Below, piece after piece: positions 47,608 to 55,525 of a DNA stretch of 55,525 bases. A model generated the notes under the pieces. It did not search any database and had not been told where the DNA came from. It worked only from the letters and a program-made list of their open reading frames with translations. Source of the stretch: Candidatus Moraniibacteriota bacterium (GTDB lineage Bacteria; Patescibacteriota; Minisyncoccia; Moranbacterales; DUUL01); NCBI GenBank assembly GCA_041596615.1, contig JBFHIG010000008.1, positions 1 through 55,525 of the forward strand, read 5' to 3'. The translations under genes and the position numbers were made by a program. The first letter of the stretch is position 1, and every line of letters begins with the position of its first letter.

Positions 47608-48483
47608 ATGCCTCACCACCACAACCATTCAGAGAAAAATATTGGCTTTGCTTTTTTTCTAAAATTAACCTTCACTCTTATTGAGCTTTTAGGTGGATAT
47701 CTAACCAATAGTATCGCTGTTATTTCCAATGCCCTACATGACCTTGAAGATACTGTCTCGCTAGGAACGGCCTGGGTTTTAGAAAAAGTAGCAAAGAAAA
47801 AAAGAACTGCTCATTTTTCCTATGGCTACAAGAGGTTTTCACTTCTTGCTGCATTTATAAATGCAATCATACTTCTTGTCGGATCAGCCTTCCTTCTCTC
47901 CGAAGCAATTCCGAGACTATGGAATCCCGAAAGATCTCATGCTGGAGGGATGATTTTTATTGCAATTATAGGAATGATTGTTAATTTAGTGGCTATAAAA
48001 AAAGTTTCAACAGGAAAAACCTTAAACGAAAAAATTATTTCCTGGCATCTTCTTGGTGATTTATTGAGTTGGGTCGCTGTGTTTATAGTAAGCATTATAA
48101 TGATTTTTGCAGATATTAACATTCTTGATCCCATTCTTTCAATCGCAATCACTCTTTATATTTTTTGGGGAGTTGGAAAAAATTTAAAATCAACTACTTT
48201 GCTCTTTCTGCAAGCCACTCCAGACTCAATGGACACAGAAACTATTGAAAAAAAATTAAGAGAAAACGCCTTAGTTAAAAACATTCACAATACTCACATT
48301 TGGTCATTAGACGGGGAAAGTCACGTTTTCAGCTCACATATCCTCGTTGATTGTCACACAAGCCAAAACAAGGTGAAAGAACTTAAAAGGGAGCTAAAAA
48401 AGAGATTAAGAGAGGAGGATATTAAATACTCAACCCTAGAAATTGAATTCGATGATGAGAATTGTAAAAAATTTCAAGAATAG
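47608..48483 (+). CDS. Cation diffusion facilitator (CzcD/ZitB-like)
   Basis: His-rich N-terminus, ALHDLED, SYGYKR, HLLGD, DPILS, HIWSLDG. Confidence 0.92.
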   Translation: MPHHHNHSEKNIGFAFFLKLTFTLIELLGGYLTNSIAVISNALHDLEDTVSLGTAWVLEKVAKKKRTAHFSYGYKRFSLLAAFINAIILLVGSAFLLSEAIPRLWNPERSHAGGMIFIAIIGMIVNLVAIKKVSTGKTLNEKIISWHLLGDLLSWVAVFIVSIIMIFADINILDPILSIAITLYIFWGVGKNLKSTTLLFLQATPDSMDTETIEKKLRENALVKNIHNTHIWSLDGESHVFSSHILVDCHTSQNKVKELKRELKKRLREEDIKYSTLEIEFDDENCKKFQE

Positions 48484-48699
48484 TCAACCCCTTCCATTTT
48501 TCAAATAAATAAACTATACTAGACTGGGTTATTAAACACTATAGTTTTCTATTTACGGTTTGTAATAACTTGCAATAAATAAATTTCCAAAACAAATATT
48601 TTATTGCTTGTTTTTATTTATTATTTTTAAATACAAGTTTTCTTAGGGCATTTAACTTGCAAAGCAAAAAAGATCTTAAGAAAGCCAATCTTATAAGTT

Positions 48700-50151
48700 A
48701 TGGGAAAAGAAGAAGTAGCAGTTAGATTTAATTCCGTCTCTTTTGAATATAATCGTGATAAAAAAATACTTGACGAGGCATCTTTCGCAATTCGTCCTGG
48801 ATCAAAAATTGCTATTATGGGACAAAATGGGGCAGGAAAAAGTACTATTTTAAAACTTATTACTGGAGCATTAAAACCTGAAAGTGGTAGCATTCACGTT
48901 TCTAGTGGCCTAAAGGTTGCTTATGCAAAGCAAGTCATTCCTGCTGAACAAATGGAGTTAACAGTAACTGAATTTTTTGAAAAATGTTTTGATGAAAAGA
49001 TCTATGCCATTTCACCAAAGATTGACAACGTACTTGAGGTTGTGAATTTACATGCTCCTCATGATAAAAAAATAAAAGATTTCTCTGGAGGTCAACAGGC
49101 TAGACTTTTACTTGCCTCTGCTCTAATTCAAGATCCAGATTTATTAATTCTAGATGAACCAACAAATAATCTTGACCCTGAGGGCATCGGGCATCTAATG
49201 ACATTTTTAATGTGCTATGAAAAAACTTGCATCGTAATTTCACATGATGCGGATTTTTTAAACACCTTCACTGATGGCGTTCTTTATTTAGACATCTTCA
49301 CACAAAAAGTAGAGCAATATGTTGGGGATTATTATAAAGTTGTTGAAGAAATAGCAGCAAGAGTTGAAAAGGAACAGCGAAAAAATGCTCAATTTGAGAA
49401 AAAAATTCGTGATAATAAGGAGAAAATCAACTATTTTGCCAACAAGGGTGGAAAAATGAGACTTGTTGCCAGAAAGATGAAAGATGAGGTGGAGAGAATG
49501 GAGGCTGAAAAAGTTGCTGTTAGACGAGAAGACCAGAAAATTCGTGAATTTAAAATCCCGTCGCAAGAAAATCTACTTGGAGAGATTATTAACATCTCAT
49601 CTTTTACAATCATGAAAAATCATGAAATGATTGCCAAAGAAGCCAAGGTTTCATTAAAGAAAAAAGAACACTTGCTCTTAAAAGGGCCTAATGGAATAGG
49701 AAAAACAACCTTGTTAGAAAAATTGGCCAGCGGAAAATCAGAGGGAGTAAAAATCAAAGAGGGTGTGCGGGTAGGATATTATAGACAAGATTTTTCAACT
49801 TTAGATTTCGAAAAAACTGTTCACGACTCTCTGGAATCTGTGATGGAGATAGTGGACGAGCAACTATTACGAAAAGTTGCTTCGAGCTTTTTGATTGACC
49901 AAACAATTATTCATGCGAAGGTTGGCTCACTCTCTGAAGGACAAAAAGGTCTTGTGGCTTTTGCTATGCTGGTTTTACAAGAGCCTGGTTTGCTTATTCT
50001 CGATGAACCGACAAACCATATCAACTTTAGACACATTCCTATTATTGCCAAAGCTCTTGATGAGTACACAGGAGCAATGATTCTTGTCAGCCATGTTCCA
50101 GAATTTGTGGAACAAATTAGAATTGATAGGGAGTTGGATTTGGAGAATTAA
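48700..50151 (+). CDS. ABC-F family ATPase
   Basis: Two ABC cassettes (GQNGAGKS, FSGGQ, LDEPTN; GPNGIGKT, LSEGQ, LDEPTN) with a helical linker and no TM segments. Confidence 0.92.
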   Translation: MGKEEVAVRFNSVSFEYNRDKKILDEASFAIRPGSKIAIMGQNGAGKSTILKLITGALKPESGSIHVSSGLKVAYAKQVIPAEQMELTVTEFFEKCFDEKIYAISPKIDNVLEVVNLHAPHDKKIKDFSGGQQARLLLASALIQDPDLLILDEPTNNLDPEGIGHLMTFLMCYEKTCIVISHDADFLNTFTDGVLYLDIFTQKVEQYVGDYYKVVEEIAARVEKEQRKNAQFEKKIRDNKEKINYFANKGGKMRLVARKMKDEVERMEAEKVAVRREDQKIREFKIPSQENLLGEIINISSFTIMKNHEMIAKEAKVSLKKKEHLLLKGPNGIGKTTLLEKLASGKSEGVKIKEGVRVGYYRQDFSTLDFEKTVHDSLESVMEIVDEQLLRKVASSFLIDQTIIHAKVGSLSEGQKGLVAFAMLVLQEPGLLILDEPTNHINFRHIPIIAKALDEYTGAMILVSHVPEFVEQIRIDRELDLEN

Positions 50152-50175
50152 TTTTTCTTACAAATCAATGATTTT

Positions 50176-50200
50176 AAAAACCTGTTTATTACAGGTTTTT
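50176..50200. terminator. Bidirectional terminator
   Basis: AAAAACCTGT/ACAGGTTTTT inverted repeat. Confidence 0.7.
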
Positions 50201-50219
50201 TGATTAATATGCTCGGTTT

Positions 50220-51053
50220 TTATTCCCTAATCAATCTTGAAAAATCAGGATCCTCTGCAAATTTTTCAGCCCTCTTATTTATATGAAATTTTTCACGTGC
50301 ATCTTCAAACGAAAGTTCTGTGTCAAACAGCCCCAGTTCATACCCTAACTTGTCGGAATAGCCTGGAACCAAAACTCGCAAATCGAAAGGAATTCTTTTT
50401 GGCGAAATTTTATTTACATGTCTAAGAATTCCTGTTGTGCAGGTATTTGTTGCCGTATTATAAAATTCTGGCTCTGTCTCGAGCTTGTGAGCGCTTTGCA
50501 TCATATCCAAAAATAATTCTTGAATTTTTTTCTTGTCGGTTTTTATTGGGTATATATAAACATCATCTTTTCTAAAATTTGAACGTAGCTTCACCACATC
50601 CCGTTCATCAGCTATTACATACATGATTTCATATTCATTTAAGAGCCCCTTCCATGCCGAAAATGATTCGTCTTTTTCTTTGCGTATTTCAATGGAAACT
50701 GCAACATATTCGTCTCCCTGGAAACCAAAGCTCAAAAAGGTATGCGCTGCACCTTCCCAGTCTGAAAATGGTTCAAGAATAAAATCAACACTTTGAATTT
50801 TATTTAAATCAAAACTTTTATTATAATAATTTTTTTCATACTCTGTTTCGGTTTTATATTTAAAATACCTTATGTTCTTAATCTCCACAATATCTCCGGC
50901 AATATTCACAACTGGCAGGATGCTCTGATCCTCCGCCCAATCACGATTATTTGAGGGATTACGAAGTCCAAAAAAAATAAATCCTATTAAACTGATAGGA
51001 GTGATAATCCAAAATGCTTTAGCGACTTTTTTTCTAGTTGTTTTTTTGTTCAT
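50220..51053 (-). CDS. DUF4105 (Lnb-like) domain protein
   Basis: AHTFLSFGF, SIEIRKE, ADERD, FYNTATNTCTT motifs; N-terminal TM. Confidence 0.85.
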   Translation of the reverse strand: MNKKTTRKKVAKAFWIITPISLIGFIFFGLRNPSNNRDWAEDQSILPVVNIAGDIVEIKNIRYFKYKTETEYEKNYYNKSFDLNKIQSVDFILEPFSDWEGAAHTFLSFGFQGDEYVAVSIEIRKEKDESFSAWKGLLNEYEIMYVIADERDVVKLRSNFRKDDVYIYPIKTDKKKIQELFLDMMQSAHKLETEPEFYNTATNTCTTGILRHVNKISPKRIPFDLRVLVPGYSDKLGYELGLFDTELSFEDAREKFHINKRAEKFAEDPDFSRLIRE

Positions 51054-51106
51054 TTTTAAAACAAATTTTTACCAAGTTATCTTAGTATACCACATTAATT
51101 AAACTA

Positions 51107-51134
51107 AAAAAATCACTTTACTTAGTGATTTTTT
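51107..51134 (-). terminator. Intrinsic terminator
   Basis: AAAAAATCACT/AGTGATTTTTT inverted repeat. Confidence 0.6.
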
Positions 51135-51168
51135 GTTAGCTTTTTTCTGTTTTAGTTTTCGCTATTTG

Positions 51169-51441
51169 CTAATTTTCATCAAAAATAATTTTTTCCATGC
51201 TTTGATCGAGATCGGTTAAAATCTCTTCCGTACTTCTTAGAGGGCTATCTATCTTCTCACTGTTTTTTAATTTTTCAGCATCAGCAGTAGCCTCTTTCTC
51301 TCTCTTATCCAAAACTATCTTAGCAGCCATTTCTTCTGAAATTCTATTCTTTTTATCATTATAAATAAAAGCAACGCTAAAGGTTGTAGCCGTTGCCACT
51401 ATAAGCCAAATTATTATGATTGTTAAGATTTTATTTTTCAT
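51169..51441 (-). CDS. Small membrane-anchored hypothetical protein
   Basis: 90 aa, N-terminal TM, co-oriented with upstream gene. Confidence 0.6.
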   Translation of the reverse strand: MKNKILTIIIIWLIVATATTFSVAFIYNDKKNRISEEMAAKIVLDKREKEATADAEKLKNSEKIDSPLRSTEEILTDLDQSMEKIIFDEN

Positions 51442-51468
51442 GACAACTCTACTTATTATTTTATTAGA

Positions 51469-52128
51469 TTATCTTATTCCCTTTTCTTCCTTATTTTTAA
51501 TAAGCGCACTTTCAAGGTTGCCCCTAAAAGTTTCTTTATAAAAAGCGAGTAGCTCGGCTCTTTTTTCTCCGGCCTGCTTAAATACTTCGTCTAGACTGCC
51601 TGGGTCATCAGCTCTATCTCTTTCGAATAACAAGAGTTGGTCTATATGATCTTTATATAATCCTTCAATCTCATCCATTCTTTTTTCGAAATCTCCTAAA
51701 TTTACTAGTAATTCATCAACATCTGTTCCTTCAAGTTTCAACTGAGAAACAGTGCTGGTGGCAATATTCCTAGCGACTCTTAATCGCATTCGGTTTCTTT
51801 CAAGTGCACTTTTTGCTTTATTAATTCTTTCAATCTTTTCTTCTTCAGTTTGTATCACTCCTTCTGTTTTTTCTCTCTGGCCAAAGCTTTCTTTCCCCTG
51901 CCCCGGATTTCCTCCCATGGGACCCCCCTCACCATTCTGCCTTCTCTCTTCCATGAAAGCTTGTTTCTCTTCTTCGCTCATGTTTTCGATAGCTTCTATT
52001 TCTTCTGGTGATGGCATTGCCTTAGTAACAACAAAAGATGCTCCGTAGATTCCAAAAACCAAAAACAATACGGCCAAAAAATACAATTTCCTAATTTTTT
52101 TAAAAAAAATTTTTTTCTGAATTTTCAT
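51469..52128 (-). CDS. Secreted or membrane-anchored coiled-coil hypothetical protein
   Basis: Signal/TM segment, Gly-rich linker, helical C-terminus; ATG at 52128 preferred. Confidence 0.65.
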   Translation of the reverse strand: MKIQKKIFFKKIRKLYFLAVLFLVFGIYGASFVVTKAMPSPEEIEAIENMSEEEKQAFMEERRQNGEGGPMGGNPGQGKESFGQREKTEGVIQTEEEKIERINKAKSALERNRMRLRVARNIATSTVSQLKLEGTDVDELLVNLGDFEKRMDEIEGLYKDHIDQLLLFERDRADDPGSLDEVFKQAGEKRAELLAFYKETFRGNLESALIKNKEEKGIR

Positions 52129-52213
52129 TTTTATTTCATTACATAATTCTGTTTTTATTTTAGCATACATTTTAAAAAAGTTTAATCGCTAAAATCATTC
52201 GAGCTTTGGATGC

Positions 52214-52242
52214 TTGCCAAAACCCAATAATTCTGCTACAAT
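52214..52242 (+). promoter_or_regulatory. Sigma70 promoter of rpsO
   Basis: TTGCCA-N17-TACAAT with TGn extension. Confidence 0.7.
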
Positions 52243-52341
52243 GTTTTTATAATATATTGAATTAGCTTTCCTGTTCGAAGTTGAACAATTTTTTTATTCA
52301 CTGGTTGCTTAGCAACGCTACGACAGGACGGTAACAAACTC

Positions 52342-52611
52342 ATGACTCCAATAAAGAAAAAACCTGCTAAAGTTGCAAAAACTTTCAAAAGGCATGAAAA
52401 AGATTCTGGCTCTGCAGAATTCCAGATAGCCTTATTTACAGAAAAAATCAAACAACTGGTGGCTCACTTACAAACAAACCCAAAAGACAAGCATTCTCGC
52501 AGAGGTTTATTGGGAATGGTATCTCAAAGAAAGAAAATGATGAAATATTTGAAAACTACCAACGAGGAGGTTTATGCAAAAATCATCAAAAAACTAAACC
52601 TAAAAGGCTAA
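52342..52611 (+). CDS. rpsO: 30S ribosomal protein S15
   Basis: DSGSAEFQIALFT, HL..NPKDKHSRRGLL.MV..RKK..KYL. Confidence 0.97.
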   Translation: MTPIKKKPAKVAKTFKRHEKDSGSAEFQIALFTEKIKQLVAHLQTNPKDKHSRRGLLGMVSQRKKMMKYLKTTNEEVYAKIIKKLNLKG

Positions 52612-52648
52612 ACCAAGCCTTTTTTGGTTTAAACTTTAAAATAACAAA

Positions 52649-53254
52649 ATGGCAAAATTTAAAGAGCAGAGAGTTGGGGTTCTTGTCGATATTCAGAACA
52701 TGTACTACAGCGCTCGTGTTTTGTATAAGAAAAAAACAGATTTTAAAAATATTCTAGAGGTAGCAGTTTCTGAAAGAAAATTAATCAGAGCCATTGGCTA
52801 CGGAATTGCGACCGAAGAAAAAACTGAAGAGAAGTTCTTCGAATCACTTGAAAAACATGGTTATGAAATAAAATCAAAGGATTTGCAAATCTTCAAAGGT
52901 GGAATGAAAAAAGGAGACTGGGATGTTGGAATCACAATTGATGCGATTAAATTGGCCAAAAATCTTGATGTAATTGTTTTGGTTAGTGGTGATGGTGACT
53001 ATATTCCTTTAGTTAAATATCTTCAGTACAACTTTGGTGTGAGAGTTGAGATTATGGCATTTGTTGAAAGTTGTTCTTCGCAATTAATCGAAGAAGCTGA
53101 TGACTTCATAAATCTAAGCGATGGTGACAAATTTTTTATAAAAGGCAGAAGCCGAAGAGTTCCTTCCAAGAAAATTTCAGCTCAAGGAAAAAAACAGATA
53201 GTTGAGATTAATCCTGAATCTTCTTCCCCAAAAAGAACGGCTCGTATGCTCTAG
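52649..53254 (+). CDS. NYN domain protein (LabA/DUF88 family)
   Basis: VDIQNMYY, KGDWDVGITID, LVSGDGDYIP, ADDF motifs. Confidence 0.9.
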   Translation: MAKFKEQRVGVLVDIQNMYYSARVLYKKKTDFKNILEVAVSERKLIRAIGYGIATEEKTEEKFFESLEKHGYEIKSKDLQIFKGGMKKGDWDVGITIDAIKLAKNLDVIVLVSGDGDYIPLVKYLQYNFGVRVEIMAFVESCSSQLIEEADDFINLSDGDKFFIKGRSRRVPSKKISAQGKKQIVEINPESSSPKRTARML

Positions 53255-53348
53255 TTTATCTTTTACTATTTACAAAACAAATTAAAACTGCTACATTTTC
53301 TTAGGTAGCAACTTGTTGTTATTTTTATTTTTCACAAGAATCTAGAAC

Positions 53349-53466
53349 AAGAAAGATCTTAAGAAAAGGTTGATTGAAAGTTTATTGTAATTTAAGGAGA
53401 GATGGCAGAGTGGTCGAATGCGTCAGTCTTGAAAACTGAAGTGCTTTCACGAGTACCGAGGGTTCG
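53349..53466 (+). repeat. 118-bp direct repeat, copy 1 (copy 2 at 53743-53860)
   Basis: 117/118 identical; the single difference is G53387 versus A53781. Confidence 0.95.
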
Positions 53467-53511
53467 CCCCGGCATTCGCGGGGCGTCCAGCGCATGCTGG
53501 ACGAATCCATC
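53396..53511 (+). pseudogene. Disrupted tRNA-Ser(TGA) copy
   Basis: First 71 nt identical to the intact tRNA, then 37 extra nt in the T-loop, then AATCCATC; 3' acceptor strand absent. Confidence 0.85.
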
Positions 53512-53784
53512 AAACATCTAACCGAAAAGGAAATATTTTATGTATATATTCTTCTGAGCAAAAAAGACGGGAAATTCTATATTGGAAAAACTAGCGATCT
53601 GAAAAGACGCATTGCTGAACACAAGAACGGCAAAGTCAAGTCAACAAAACATAGAACACCCTTAAAGCTTATTTGCTACGAAGCATATTTATGTAAGGAA
53701 GAGGCGTCACGAAGAGAACTTTTTCTCAAAACGAGTGACGGAAAGAAAGATCTTAAGAAAAGGTTGATTGAAAGTTTATTATAA
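53494..53784 (+). CDS. Small GIY-YIG nuclease family protein
   Basis: FYVYIL...FYIG.T.DLKRRI.EH..G...ST.HR.P..L..YE...A.RRE.FLK; exact start uncertain. Confidence 0.9.
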   Translation: MLDESIKHLTEKEIFYVYILLSKKDGKFYIGKTSDLKRRIAEHKNGKVKSTKHRTPLKLICYEAYLCKEEASRRELFLKTSDGKKDLKKRLIESLL

Positions 53785-53860
53785 TTTAAGGAGAGATGGC
53801 AGAGTGGTCGAATGCGTCAGTCTTGAAAACTGAAGTGCTTTCACGAGTACCGAGGGTTCG
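53743..53860 (+). repeat. 118-bp direct repeat, copy 2
   Basis: Covers the last 14 codons (including stop) of the GIY-YIG gene, a 5-nt spacer and tRNA-Ser up to GGTTCG. Confidence 0.95.
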
Positions 53861-53876
53861 AATCCCTCTCTCTCCG
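53790..53876 (+). tRNA. tRNA-Ser(TGA)
   Basis: GGAGAGA/TCTCTCC acceptor, TCAGT-CTTGAAA-ACTGA anticodon arm, long variable arm, GAGGG-TTCGAAT-CCCTC, G discriminator; full CCA not encoded. Confidence 0.97.
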
Positions 53877-53903
53877 CCGTGAAATGTGAAATTTGAAATA
53901 TTA

Positions 53904-53987
53904 GCCGGAGTGGTGAAATTGGTATACACGCCTGCCTTAGGAGCATGTGGGATAACTCCCATGGAGGTTCGAGTCCTCTCTCCGGCA
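53904..53987 (+). tRNA. tRNA-Leu(TAG)
   Basis: GCCGGAG/CTCCGGC acceptor, CTTAGGA anticodon loop, long variable arm, GGAGG-TTCGAGT-CCTCT, A discriminator. Confidence 0.95.
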
Positions 53988-53996
53988 CACACAAAC

Positions 53997-54024
53997 AAAA
54001 AACAGGGTTTATCCTTGTTTTTTT
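53997..54024 (+). terminator. Terminator after tRNA pair
   Basis: AAAAAACAGGG/CCTTGTTTTTT hairpin with T tract. Confidence 0.65.
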
Positions 54025-54207
54025 GTTGATTTAATCTATTTTTACAAAACATAATTTGACTTGAATCATCATTCATGTTATTCTGTAATACTACATTCAG
54101 AGATTGTGTCTTTTTATAAGGCATCTCTCCGAAAAAGTGGTAAATAGTTCGTTTTTTAACCGGGTCTCAGTGTGAGACATAACCTTTTTCCTTTAGAGGA
54201 GTTCATC

Positions 54208-54687
54208 ATGGCATATTTTTTGTTCCCCGCAGAAGAGTCTGCTCCTGCAGACAAAAAAAATCCTGTAGCAATCTCCGCTTATAAAGGAGAAAAATTTTTC
54301 GCAAAACACATCCCTCAGGACCAAAAAGACCTGGGCTCCTTAGTTACGGTACACATCGTCAAAAAGGGTTTTATGTTAACCCCCAAACTTGATTTGGTGA
54401 TGAGTGTCACTGGCTTACATAAAGGAAACAAAGGTTGTTGCAGGATTCTCTTTTTAAGAGAAGACCGCAAAAAAAGTGGTGAAAGGCTAAGTTTTGTCGG
54501 AGAAGAAGCTTCGCATTTGACTCCCTGGGTCGACGCATCCAAAGGAAAAATTTTAAAAATTTCCACTGGCATAAAAAATGCTCTTATCTATAGCGACGAA
54601 CTTCTGGTAGGAAAATCCCCATTCGACACCATTGGTGTATTTCTGAAAAAATCTTTTCTACCATTTCAAAGCACATCAAGTGTATAG
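54208..54687 (+). CDS. Hypothetical protein
   Basis: GAGGAG RBS 6 nt before ATG 54208; followed by terminator. Confidence 0.55.
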   Translation: MAYFLFPAEESAPADKKNPVAISAYKGEKFFAKHIPQDQKDLGSLVTVHIVKKGFMLTPKLDLVMSVTGLHKGNKGCCRILFLREDRKKSGERLSFVGEEASHLTPWVDASKGKILKISTGIKNALIYSDELLVGKSPFDTIGVFLKKSFLPFQSTSSV

Positions 54688-54704
54688 CGCTGCCCAGCTC
54701 AACG

Positions 54705-54755
54705 AGCAACCCCACCTCGGAACAATCAATTTTATGTTCCGAGGTGTTGCTTTTT
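54705..54755 (+). terminator. Intrinsic terminator
   Basis: CACCTCGGAACA/TGTTCCGAGGTG stem followed by T tract. Confidence 0.75.
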
Positions 54756-54869
54756 AAATAATTGAAAAACTTTTCTTTTTAGGATAGACTTACCATTGTA
54801 ACTATCTGGAATTTTCATATCAAAAGAGAGATTTTAGACAATTACTTCGAAAATCATAAAATCATTCCT

Positions 54870-55525
54870 ATGTCTGCAATCGAAATCCAAGAAGTTTTCA
54901 CTCCGCTCCAACAATCTGGCACTCGCCTTGATAGACTTCTTGCGCAAAATTTCACTCAAATCCCTCGGGAAACCTTCAAGAAAGAGATTCTTAAAGGCAA
55001 TATTTTGGTAAATGGAAAAAAGGTAAAACCGAATTATGTAACAGAGGAATACGACGAAATCAAAGTAGACATTTTAATTAAAGAGCTCGCCGCCACAGCA
55101 CTTCCTGACTCATCAGTTGATATCAACGTTGTTTATGAACATCCTGATTTTTTGGTGATTGAGAAACCTGCTGGGATTTCAGTACACCCTTCGGAGAAAG
55201 AACCTCTTGGAACCTTGGCAAATGGGCTCTTGGAGAAATTTCCAGAAATAAAAGATGTCGGTGATAGTCCCATGCGTCCAGGAATAGTTCATAGGCTGGA
55301 TAAATATACTTCCGGATTGATTCTTGTGCCAAGAAATCAGTCATCTTTTTTGTTTTTCAAAAATATTTTCAAAAATCGAGAAATCACAAAAAAATATATT
55401 GCTGTTTGTTGGGGAAATTTTGCAAATAAAGAAGGCTCTGTCGATTTGATGGTAGGAAGATCTAAATCAAATTCATTACGACAATCCACCAGTAAATATG
55501 CTGATAAATTAGGAAATGCTAAAGA
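54870..55525 (+). CDS. RluA/RluD-family pseudouridine synthase (partial, runs off the window; absent from the ORF track)
   Basis: Manual translation from ATG 54870: S4-like GTRLDR...G.ILVNGK, EKPAGISVHP, GIVHRLDKYTSG, KKYIA. Confidence 0.92.
   Translation, partial: MSAIEIQEVFTPLQQSGTRLDRLLAQNFTQIPRETFKKEILKGNILVNGKKVKPNYVTEEYDEIKVDILIKELAATALPDSSVDINVVYEHPDFLVIEKPAGISVHPSEKEPLGTLANGLLEKFPEIKDVGDSPMRPGIVHRLDKYTSGLILVPRNQSSFLFFKNIFKNREITKKYIAVCWGNFANKEGSVDLMVGRSKSNSLRQSTSKYADKLGNAK

Noticed and set aside
2167-52451. Numerous 60-150 aa ORFs nested in or antisense to larger genes (e.g. 2322-2660, 25745-26119, 47042-47491)
   Set aside because: Shadow ORFs over well-supported CDSs, with no motifs or independent expression signals
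53396-53876. tRNA interrupted by a group I intron with a homing endonuclease
   Set aside because: The downstream tRNA is complete by itself and the 5' part is duplicated rather than split. The insert is almost entirely ORF, leaving no room for a ribozyme core.
53790-53876. Selenocysteine or UGA-suppressor tRNA
   Set aside because: Anticodon TGA reads the Ser codon UCA; tRNA-Sec has anticodon TCA. The 7-bp acceptor stem is standard.
53779-54124. Minus-strand ORFs of 71 and 112 aa
   Set aside because: Antisense translations of the two tRNA genes (ERGLEPP, EREGFEP signatures)
55123-55344. 73-aa minus-strand ORF
   Set aside because: Antisense to the partial RluD-like gene starting at 54870
1-55525. 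CRISPR array, rRNA, integrase, transposase or prophage
   Set aside because: No regularly spaced repeat-spacer array, rRNA-like segment or recognisable recombinase/phage protein was seen
1-55525. Alternative genetic code (UGA=Gly)
   Set aside because: Long conserved genes are intact in code 11, and TGA ends genes normally (18466, 23850)

Overview
AT-rich bacterial chromosome segment read in genetic code 11 (TGA is used as a stop). Gene content, A/T-rich translation starts and the rpsO-NYN adjacency suggest a Patescibacteria/CPR (Parcubacteria-like) genome, which is inference only. About 50 CDS, intact tRNA-Ser(TGA) and tRNA-Leu(TAG), and one disrupted tRNA-Ser copy. Two regions stand out. (1) 6.6-19.6 kb is a polysaccharide island. 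One operon encodes a short GDP-mannose/UDP-glucose dehydrogenase, a single-polypeptide fusion of a processive GT2 synthase, a LysM domain and an AlgG-like mannuronan C5-epimerase (YGLDPHD), and an Asp-box protein. It adjoins two PL7 alginate lyases and is back-to-back with a second HAS/NodC-like GT2 plus deacetylase module. This is a candidate minimal alginate-like polymer pathway. (2) 53.35-53.88 kb holds a small GIY-YIG nuclease gene between 118-bp direct repeats made of the nuclease's own 3' end plus the 5' 71 nt of tRNA-Ser. The upstream tRNA copy carries two CG-flanked GC-rich mini-hairpins in its T-loop. This is a candidate tRNA-targeting minimal mobile element. Also present are two paralogous ECF sigma/membrane-partner pairs with a shared AAAC-N16-C(G/A)TTA promoter motif, extracytoplasmic redox modules (ApbE, MsrQ-like, NapH-like, lipoprotein ferredoxin), a peroxiredoxin/Fur pair with a near-perfect Fur box, rubrerythrin/superoxide reductase, an RND pump, dinB, gldA, rsgA and a partial RluD-like gene. 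All product calls come from motif recognition by eye; no searches were run.
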